A stretch of DNA of 64,000 bases, taken from a virus. Taxonomy: Duplodnaviria; Caudoviricetes. The translations under genes were made by a program, and so were the position numbers. Each line of letters starts with the position of its first letter. Position 1 is the first letter of the stretch. The DNA lies in IMG/VR virus record IMGVR_UViG_3300028832_000140, positions 3,153 through 67,152 of that record, one strand, 5' to 3'. Under the pieces are notes generated by a model that saw only the letters and a program-made list of their open reading frames with translations, was not told the DNA's origin and searched no databases. This document shows positions 57,267 through 64,000 of the stretch, piece after piece.

Positions 57267-57908
57267 TTAAGCGGTGTACCCGTTCACCTTGGCCTCGTGT
57301 TCCAGCATCACGCGGAACTGCGGCACGGTAGGCGGTATAAGTCCGTGGTTGAGCGGCGCGTCGGCGGGGTAGCCCTTGGCTACGGGCAGCAGGCGCCAGT
57401 ATTTCTTGTAGAGGTCTTCGAGCATGGCCTTCTTCGGCCTGTCGAACGCGAGCGCTGCGGATTCGTTGACGTATACCGGCACTTCCTTGTCTCCGCGCTT
57501 CTCCTTGCGGGTGAGGTGTACCTTGCAGTATTCGGAATACTCGCGGTCCGAAATCGCGGCGGAGAGGTTCCTGATGGCGGTCATCATGTTGTTCTTGCGG
57601 AGCTTCATGTCTGTCGGGAGCCATGCTGCTCTCGGGTCGCGGTTCTCGATGAGCGGGAGCGAGGACGTCTGCGTGTATGTCTCGGCGTGGTGGTTACGGG
57701 CGGCTGTCACTATCGTTGGGATTGTCGGCACGGCCTCCACCTGGACAGCCCTGCGGAAGATGTCGTGTGCGTTTTCGGCAGTGATCGACGGTACTGCGTC
57801 CATAACCGCTGCCGCGATTCCGTCGATAGCGGACGACGGAACGGTCTTGTTCGCCGCGATGTAGCAGACCGTTAGTTCCTTCTTGATGGCTTCGATGGTT
57901 TCGTTCAT
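57267..57908 (-). CDS. Putative replication/helicase-loader-associated protein
   Basis: ATGA-coupled downstream of the replication initiator. Confidence 0.4.
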   Translation of the reverse strand: MNETIEAIKKELTVCYIAANKTVPSSAIDGIAAAVMDAVPSITAENAHDIFRRAVQVEAVPTIPTIVTAARNHHAETYTQTSSLPLIENRDPRAAWLPTDMKLRKNNMMTAIRNLSAAISDREYSEYCKVHLTRKEKRGDKEVPVYVNESAALAFDRPKKAMLEDLYKKYWRLLPVAKGYPADAPLNHGLIPPTVPQFRVMLEHEAKVNGYTA

Positions 57909-58588
57909 AGGTTCATCCCCACGTTGTTGAGCGCCTTGCGCCAGTTCTTCTCGAGGTAAGTCTCGCCGTCATCGTTCCTCTCGTCGGCCTTGTCGTTACG
58001 GTAGTTGGCCCACTTGACAAGGACCGCGTAATGGGACCTTGCCTTGAGCTCGCCGTTTTCCAGCTTTGCGGATAGGGAGTCTATGGCCCTGTCGCATGCC
58101 GTCTTGTTGCCGAACTTCTGTAGCAGCGAGTTGTACTGCTCCTGCGTGAGCGTGACGTTGCCGAACTCGCCGGAATAGGCCAGGTTCAGCACGACCGGAT
58201 CTTTTGACGAAACGGTGCAGGACGTTGGCACTTTGCTATCGTCCTCGCCATTGCTGGTGGAGGCGTCCTGCGAAATGGTGGCAGGCGTTCTAGATTTACG
58301 ATACTCCCCATCCTCGCGGGTAGGGGCGCCTGCCGTATTGTCCTTGTCCTTCCTTGGGCGTCCGCCCTTCTTGCCGTTCTCAGAAGCTTGGGGATACCTT
58401 TCGGCACGTTCCATAGACCAACGAACCATCTGGGAGCCGAACGACGTAGTGTCGTCAACAAGTTCTTCCAGGTCGTCCATGGACTGCCGCACGTCCGCGA
58501 CGATCTGCTCGTCGGTCAGCTTGCGGTAGTGCTTGATGAACTCCTTGAAGAGTACTCTAGCCCAAAATCTGTCGTTCAATGCCGTCAT
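57905..58588 (-). CDS. Putative replication initiator
   Basis: ENGKKGGRPRK linker and C-terminal DnaD-like VTLTQEQYNSLLQKFG. Confidence 0.55.
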   Translation of the reverse strand: MTALNDRFWARVLFKEFIKHYRKLTDEQIVADVRQSMDDLEELVDDTTSFGSQMVRWSMERAERYPQASENGKKGGRPRKDKDNTAGAPTREDGEYRKSRTPATISQDASTSNGEDDSKVPTSCTVSSKDPVVLNLAYSGEFGNVTLTQEQYNSLLQKFGNKTACDRAIDSLSAKLENGELKARSHYAVLVKWANYRNDKADERNDDGETYLEKNWRKALNNVGMNL

Positions 58589-58767
58589 TACTTGGTTACT
58601 CTTTTCCTGTGGTATTCCTTGACGGCGTCGATGACGATGGAAGTGTTGGTGAGCGGTTCGAGCTCTTTTGCTCGTACGACTTTCAAGTCGTCAAAGAGTG
58701 GAGAAATTTCAGGCGGAAGTTTCACCTGAATTTCAGTCAGTTTCTTTTCCTGTTCTATTTCAGCCAT
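58588..58767 (-). CDS. Cro/Arc-like ribbon-helix-helix protein, 59 aa (not in ORF track)
   Basis: MAEIEQEKKLTEIQVKLPPE..TSIVIDAVKEYH; TAATG overlap with next gene; AAGGAAG RBS. Confidence 0.6.
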   Translation of the reverse strand: MAEIEQEKKLTEIQVKLPPEISPLFDDLKVVRAKELEPLTNTSIVIDAVKEYHRKRVTK

Positions 58768-58824
58768 TATTCTTCCTTAAGATTTTTGTATCAAATTTCA
58801 AGACTTTTAGTCTTTTTGTTTAGG

Positions 58825-58853
58825 AATATAGTATTAAATTTTAAGAAAGTCAA
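58825..58853 (-). promoter_or_regulatory. Early leftward sigma70-type promoter
   Basis: TTGACT-17-TATATT on the minus strand. Confidence 0.75.
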
Positions 58854-58928
58854 TACCTTTTAGTGAAAAAAAGTATCTTTTTTTGATATTCAGTATACTT
58901 TTGAGAGCTAAAAGGCTATTTTTGTGAT

Positions 58929-59369
58929 GTGGAAGAAGAAGTTGAGCCAAAAAAAGAAGAAATTTGCTCGGATAAAGAGTCCTCACAGGAAAACGATGTG
59001 CAGGGATGCTTTTTTGACGACGGATTGAAAACTCGCAGAAAGAAGCCTAAAGAAGTTTTTCTTGCAAAGGTTAATCTCGAAATGTTGAAGAAGGAACTCG
59101 GCTTTTCGACTGTTGAGGAAATAGGAACTTTCGTCAATTTAGCCAACCCAAAAAACGCATATAACTGGGCTAAAGAAAAAGACGATCATGGAACAAGACC
59201 TTCTTGGAATGCTATAGTTAGGATGCTACGTCGTGGGGCGACTACAAAGACTCTGTTCGGTGTAGATTCGCCAGAAGTATCTTCTGAACCGCAGAAAATA
59301 GTGCTTACTGACGACCTGATAGCAGAAATGATGACTCGCGCCGGCGAGATGCTGAAGAAGAAAAAATGA
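58929..59369 (+). CDS. XRE-like HTH repressor candidate
   Basis: Divergent from early operon; EEIGTFVNL..AYNWAK..RPSW..G.TTKTLFG; start uncertain. Confidence 0.6.
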   Translation: MEEEVEPKKEEICSDKESSQENDVQGCFFDDGLKTRRKKPKEVFLAKVNLEMLKKELGFSTVEEIGTFVNLANPKNAYNWAKEKDDHGTRPSWNAIVRMLRRGATTKTLFGVDSPEVSSEPQKIVLTDDLIAEMMTRAGEMLKKKK

Positions 59370-59376
59370 AAATCAC

Positions 59377-59557
59377 ACGATATATCATACGATAGGTCGT
59401 ACGATATATCGTACGATTAAGGAGAACTTAAAAACGTTATAAAACGTTTCGTAACGTTAAGCAAACGTTTTACCAAATAAAACCAAATTGGTTTTTGTAA
59501 AACCAAAAAAAACCAAATTGGTTTAGAAAAAACCAAATTAAACCAAAAAAAACCAAA
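59377..59557. repeat. Three tandem blocks of phased iteron-like repeats
   Basis: ACGAT x4 (12-nt period), AACGTT x4 (10-11 nt), AACCAAA x6 on a 10-nt grid. Confidence 0.85.
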
Positions 59558-59710
59558 CCTTCTATAACAATAGTAATAGAAAAAGAATAAGTAATAGAAA
59601 TAACAGATATTATCTTTCATAGAACTATGTACGTAGTTTGATATTAAGTTCCATAGGGAGAGACTACGCGCGTGCGCGCGCGAAAACCGATAATACGGAA
59701 AGGAGAAACG

Positions 59711-60310
59711 ATGATGAAGAAGATTGCTATCATAATCGCAATAACAATTACCTTCGTATTTTCTAACGAAAAGTTGATGACGTGCGATGTAGTGGAAAAA
59801 GGAATCGTAAAATGTTCTTTGCTGCGAAAGTCAAAGGACGGTTTCCCGATAATTGATGAAATCGTGTACCATTTCAAAAAAGATGGTTCATACGTAAGGA
59901 AAATTCTTCAAGGTGGGAACCAGGATGAAGAATGGGAAAAATCAAGAAGACAGGTGATGACTTCTGTACTTGCTGAACCGGAAAGGTGGCCTTGTTTAGA
60001 AAAAGACCCTATTGGATCGTATAGTGTTGCTGATGGAGACTGCTTTAATATGGAGAGCAGATTCGTAAGCAAAATAATGAAAGGTGAAAAATTTCAAATT
60101 TTTGACACCAATGGAAATGACCCATTCGAAAATATGGGAGAGCAAAAGATTGTGAGCTGGACAATATGCTCGACTCCTACTAACGTAACGACATTAGGAA
60201 TACACAAGATTACTCGACTTGCTACAGACATGAAAATTTATTCCAATCTTAAACCGTCTACTCATTGCCAGGATTTTATGGCTACGGACGCGCTCTACTG
60301 GAAGCCGTAA
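59711..60310 (+). CDS. Secreted/membrane-anchored moron protein
   Basis: AGGAG RBS, MMKKIAIIIAITITFVFS signal peptide; AT-rich. Confidence 0.7.
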   Translation: MMKKIAIIIAITITFVFSNEKLMTCDVVEKGIVKCSLLRKSKDGFPIIDEIVYHFKKDGSYVRKILQGGNQDEEWEKSRRQVMTSVLAEPERWPCLEKDPIGSYSVADGDCFNMESRFVSKIMKGEKFQIFDTNGNDPFENMGEQKIVSWTICSTPTNVTTLGIHKITRLATDMKIYSNLKPSTHCQDFMATDALYWKP

Positions 60311-60394
60311 CCGAAAACACTACCGCTTCCACGCGGATTTGTCTATATTTGGGGTAGGGATGACAGGTTAAACAGCTCACAAAGGAGGCCGACC

Positions 60395-60610
60395 ATGAAA
60401 AAACTCATCTTCGCAGTCCTCGCGATTGCCGCGCTCTCGTTCGCCGACAGCCAGTCGGAGTTCTGCGCGGGGTTCGAGTTCGGCTACAAGCTCGTGAAGG
60501 GCAACAACGTCCTTGTCCCGCTATGCCCGCTCGCTCCGCTTACGCCGCTCGGCTCCACGCCGTACCAGGAGGGAGTCAAGGCCGGGATGAGGAAGGCGCA
60601 GTCCAACTAG
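60395..60610 (+). CDS. Small secreted protein
   Basis: GGAGG RBS, MKKLIFAVLAIAALSFA signal peptide. Confidence 0.75.
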   Translation: MKKLIFAVLAIAALSFADSQSEFCAGFEFGYKLVKGNNVLVPLCPLAPLTPLGSTPYQEGVKAGMRKAQSN

Positions 60611-60685
60611 GGCTGCACGCATTCCCCGACAATACTACGGAATTCCCTAGCCGGGAACGGACCGCCTACCAGCGTCCCTCGCTGG

Positions 60686-60862
60686 TTATCTCCCCTTCAG
60701 CGCGCCCGTCCCGGCACTTTTCTTTTCATCCCCCATGAATTCCCTCTCGACGGCGCCCGCTATCCTGCGAAGCGCCTCCCTCTCGAGACCCGGCTCCGAA
60801 AGCCCCTTCCTGGCGAGCGCGTATATCAGCGCGACAGCTTCCCTCTGTTTCTGTCCAGGCAT
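60686..60862 (-). CDS. Small hypothetical protein
   Basis: Start MPGQKQRE at 60862, divergent from HTH gene. Confidence 0.5.
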   Translation of the reverse strand: MPGQKQREAVALIYALARKGLSEPGLEREALRRIAGAVEREFMGDEKKSAGTGALKGR

Positions 60863-60994
60863 AGTGCGATTTCCCCTTCGTCTTTCATACCTTTTCGGTG
60901 TAAATATAGTACATTTTGTCAAAAATAAAAGTTTTTCTTGTAAAAATATATAATTTTACAAACTTTTCTTTTAGAAGTTACTATATTTCCTTGT

Positions 60995-61321
60995 ATGGAA
61001 GGATTGAAAGTAAAGGAATTCCTCGCACGCGAGGGCGAAAGGCTCGGCATCCGCACGCAGGAGGAGCTGGCCGAAGTGCTCGGCGTCACCGACCAGACCG
61101 TATCGAACTGGTCGAACGCCGTGACTTTTCCCCCGCACAAGACGGAGTACAGGCTCCTCTTGATGGGAATGACCATCGAGGAGCTGTTCGGCCCCGAAAT
61201 CTGGGAGGCCGTGAAGAAGCGCGTCGCCGCCGAGAGGTCCGAGGAGGCCTTCGACAGGAAGACCGACTTCTTCATGCAGAAACTTTTCGACAAGATCGAC
61301 AAACTAGAACCGAGGGGATAG
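60995..61321 (+). CDS. XRE-family HTH regulator
   Basis: TQEELAEVLGVTDQTVSNW..P..GMTIEELFG. Confidence 0.85.
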   Translation: MEGLKVKEFLAREGERLGIRTQEELAEVLGVTDQTVSNWSNAVTFPPHKTEYRLLLMGMTIEELFGPEIWEAVKKRVAAERSEEAFDRKTDFFMQKLFDKIDKLEPRG

Positions 61322-61324
61322 AAA

Positions 61325-61567
61325 ATGACATCGGAAGAATTCGAAATTTCGTATTGCAAGGGAAAGCGCGAGGCCATGACATGCTTCGCCGACTGGCTCC
61401 GCGACCACATCAAGGTCGCCAACCGCGCCATCGACGACGGGCTCGACAAGTCCAAGGTGCTCGACCGCACCCTGGAGTTCATGGCCGAGGTGGCCGACAG
61501 GATGGACGGAAAGCTCTCGAAGGAGCCCATGCTGATTTCCAAGGAAGTCGCCGAAAAGACGGAATGA
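61325..61567 (+). CDS. Hypothetical protein
   Basis: GAGGGG RBS, follows HTH gene. Confidence 0.6.
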   Translation: MTSEEFEISYCKGKREAMTCFADWLRDHIKVANRAIDDGLDKSKVLDRTLEFMAEVADRMDGKLSKEPMLISKEVAEKTE

Positions 61568-62155
61568 AACCCGAAAACGATACAAAATGTTGAATTTTCC
61601 GGTCTTATTTGCGGATTTTGCAGGATTCTTGCAGAATCTATGTCTAAAAATCGGGATTTTTTAGACATACGGCAACTCCGTCACGCTCTATGCGCATTAT
61701 GCGTGTTTGTGTATAAAACGGATTTTGGACGGAAACGGCTCTCTAGGCCGTTTTTCTTTTCGGGCGGTAGGAAGTACGGGTGAGTGTCCAAAACGGCTTT
61801 CTAGGTCGGTTCCGTGCGAAAATTCGGCTATTCCTGGTTGGAATACTCCGAGTCGGAGACATTAAACCCGAAAATCGGGGCCGTTTTCTGCCGGATTTGC
61901 GAACGGTTCGCAAATTGTGCGTTTGCTTTGTCGTCTGGGAAAAGGTATATTGGGTGGTGTGGGGTGGACTGGGTGTTTGATACACTTGGTACACTTTGCT
62001 GAAAAGCTGCACTTTGTAAAGTGTTAAAAACGAAAGAGTGTATCGGGTGTGTTTATTGACGGAAATCCGGCGCAAGCCGTGTTTTCTTTCGTTTACTTTT
62101 CGTGCCTTTTGGAATTTCGCCAGAATGCGGTTTCTTTTTTTTGTCAAAAAATGAC

Positions 62156-62184
62156 TTGACGGAATCCGCCGGAAGATGTATATT
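62156..62184 (+). promoter_or_regulatory. Sigma70-type promoter with no downstream ORF
   Basis: TTGACG-17-TATATT. Confidence 0.6.
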
Positions 62185-62267
62185 TAGGGCATCCTTTGGC
62201 ACTCCTTTAGAAAATGGCATAAGGACGATTAACCACGGTCTAACCGTGGTTTTTCCGTTTGTGGAAC

Positions 62268-62296
62268 CAAAAAAAAAGACCGTCTACGCGGTCTTC
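62268..62296 (-). terminator. Intrinsic terminator for the right-hand minus-strand operon
   Basis: Minus strand: gaagaccgcgtagacggtc followed by T run. Confidence 0.7.
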
Positions 62297-62520
62297 TGAA
62301 TTTTCTTCATGGCTCGTTTGCGCCTTACGCATTCTGCTATCGTCCGGTGGCACTTCCGTCTGTTCTCCGGGTTCATCAGGTATCGATTCATTCTTGCGAG
62401 CCCAAGACGCCGCACCCTCTCCGCCTCCGTCTCGTTCGGCACCTCTCCCAGCCTAGGCACGAACTCAACGTCAGATGGCTGCACGGTGACGGTGGTCGTT
62501 ATGCTGCGCGTCTTCTTCAT
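62284..62520 (-). CDS. Small basic protein
   Basis: ATGA-coupled in minus-strand chain. Confidence 0.5.
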   Translation of the reverse strand: MKKTRSITTTVTVQPSDVEFVPRLGEVPNETEAERVRRLGLARMNRYLMNPENRRKCHRTIAECVRRKRAMKKIQKTA

Positions 62521-62894
62521 TTCGTTTCGTCTTCTTGGGAGTTAATTCCGAATACGGCTTCCTCGGCTTCGATTTTTTCTAGCAAGTTCTTGTATAGGAG
62601 CGAGAGTATAGTTGACAGTACGCCTATCGCGTTCTTGACTCCATGTGTAGCGAACTCGCACCAGAGCTTTTCTGACTCCAGCGTTGAATAGTTGGTGATG
62701 TAGCCTAATTTGACTTCATCGTCGAACTTTACACCGTGGCGTTCGAACAGCCTTATGTTACTTCGCAACAAGTCTATCCTGTCGCGTTCCTCTTTGTCGA
62801 GAAACGGTATGCTCTTTTCTCCCAGAGGTCTCATGAAGTCCTCGTATTCCTTCGGGTCGAAGTCTTCGGGTATATAATCGCTATCCTTCATCAT
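62517..62894 (-). CDS. Hypothetical protein
   Basis: AGGA RBS, coupled ORF. Confidence 0.6.
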   Translation of the reverse strand: MMKDSDYIPEDFDPKEYEDFMRPLGEKSIPFLDKEERDRIDLLRSNIRLFERHGVKFDDEVKLGYITNYSTLESEKLWCEFATHGVKNAIGVLSTILSLLYKNLLEKIEAEEAVFGINSQEDETK

Positions 62895-63651
62895 TTTTCC
62901 TTTTTACCGAACAGTTTGCCGTCCGGCGTGATCCAGAGTTCTATGTCGTTGCCGTCCGCTATGTCGAAAGAGAATTCCTCGACCACCTTCAGCCACTCCA
63001 GCGTGCGCTTGCCGAGCACCTTCGCCTTCTTCAGTCCGTCGCCGGGTGCGTCTGCCGTCGTTATCAGGTATTGCAGGGCCGCGCGGAATCCGCGCACGTA
63101 GTCAGGATTGTAGCGAGCGCCAATATCTTCTTCATCCTTCGCCATAGCCTGCACCTCTCGTTCTCCTTCTCTCTGTGCGCCTCGTAGTGCCTTTTCTGTT
63201 TCTCCTTGCACCTTTCCGGGTGCCGTTCCTTGTATCGCCTCGAACGCTCCAGCATTCCCTCGTGTCCCGGTCCGCCTACGCCGTCATAGGCCTTCTTGTA
63301 TGCCTTCCGTTCGGGACTGCGCTCACGTTGGTTACGGCGCTTGCGTTCCGCCTCTGCCACGGTGGCCGACGCCGCTATGGACCAAGCCAGCGCGTCCATG
63401 GCCGCTATCCGTTCCCTGGCCTTCGAGTAGACTTCGCTCATCCAAGCTCCAGCTCCATTCCCTTCAGGCGGTCGCGCGGTATGTCCTTCGCTATTTCGCG
63501 TAATGCGTGCCACGGGGCGCACCATCCGTTCACCGTCAGTATGAGCTGGACGTGTTGCGGGCATTCGGCAGATGTCCTGTCGCGGTAAGGGTAGATGCGC
63601 GCGTACATCGTCTCGGCTCGGTGCTGTCTTGCAGGGTTCACGGCCATGGGG

Positions 63652-63957
63652 TTATCCTTCCTTGGATTCTTCCTTTTCCTTGTCTGTTACTACCTTCATG
63701 ACTTCCTCGGGCGTGGTGTATGGCGGGTTCATCATTACGGCGTCAAAGCCTGCCGCCTCCGAGTTCATCTTGACGGAACGGCTGAAGAGTCTCTTGCTCT
63801 CGTTCAGCAGTTCGTTAGCCCTTTTCTCGTCGAAGGTTTTCTTGAGGTCGCCCAGGCGTATGTAGTGGCCGTAGAGCAGTCCGAAGAGACGGTTGCGTTC
63901 GTTGTTCGCCGTGACAAGCGAGGCGTACAGCTTCTCGCACTTCTTCGCGAGGGACAC
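63652..63957 (-). CDS. Hypothetical protein
   Basis: GGAGG before GTG start; coiled-coil-like. Confidence 0.55.
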   Translation of the reverse strand: MSLAKKCEKLYASLVTANNERNRLFGLLYGHYIRLGDLKKTFDEKRANELLNESKRLFSRSVKMNSEAAGFDAVMMNPPYTTPEEVMKVVTDKEKEESKEG

Positions 63958-64000
63958 CTCCAGCGGTGTACGCGCTACTTCGCTACCCCCCCCCCGTTGT

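Larger units (their letters stand above)
1..64000. mobile_element. Temperate P22-like podovirus genome (probably near-complete, excised form)
   Basis: Terminase, capsid, portal, gp4/gp10-like and tailspike genes, no tape measure or sheath, tyrosine integrase, excisionase, HTH repressors; no host housekeeping genes seen. Confidence 0.9.

Noticed and set aside
59377-59557. CRISPR array
   Set aside because: Units are 10-12 nt with no unique 30-40 nt spacers and no cas genes
61743-62147. 134-aa minus-strand ORF
   Set aside because: No RBS, biased composition, overlaps repeat-rich non-coding DNA
63961-64000. Terminal repeat or circular overlap with window start; C10 run
   Set aside because: No sequence overlap between the ends is visible; the homopolymer alone is uninformative and may be a sequencing artefact

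Overview
The whole window reads as most or all of a temperate, P22-like short-tailed phage genome. A Fibrobacter-like host is a weak inference from protein styles I recall. Layout: (i) a left minus-strand early arm (1-2773) with a Tad1-like anti-defence sponge, a ParB-like protein, a tRNA(CAT) and a tRNA-like RNA lacking a normal anticodon arm; (ii) a plus-strand late region (2931-39410) headed by a sigma-like regulator, then terminase, scaffold, capsid, a displaced portal, gp4/gp10-like tail parts, ejection proteins and several tailspike/fibre genes; (iii) inside the tail region, a complete diversity-generating retroelement (target with VR 31274-31388, hairpin, Avd, TR 31970-32084, RT) with 25 VR/TR mismatches, all at TR adenines; (iv) a minus-strand early region (39488-58767) with a tyrosine integrase and probable attP, RtcB, radical SAM, PAPS-reductase-like and C5-MTase-like genes, tRNA-Thr, SSB, YqaJ and replication genes; (v) an immunity-like region with two HTH and small secreted proteins. 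Strongest unexplained signals: TTTATTCAT occurs 15 times, intergenic and on the plus strand, ahead of late genes; five effector-like genes in the head module share an N-terminal [NT][FL]LD[RK] peptide, a candidate capsid-loading signal; and a non-coding tract of three different phased, iteron-like repeat families sits at 59377-59557. Family names come from recalled motifs, not database searches.
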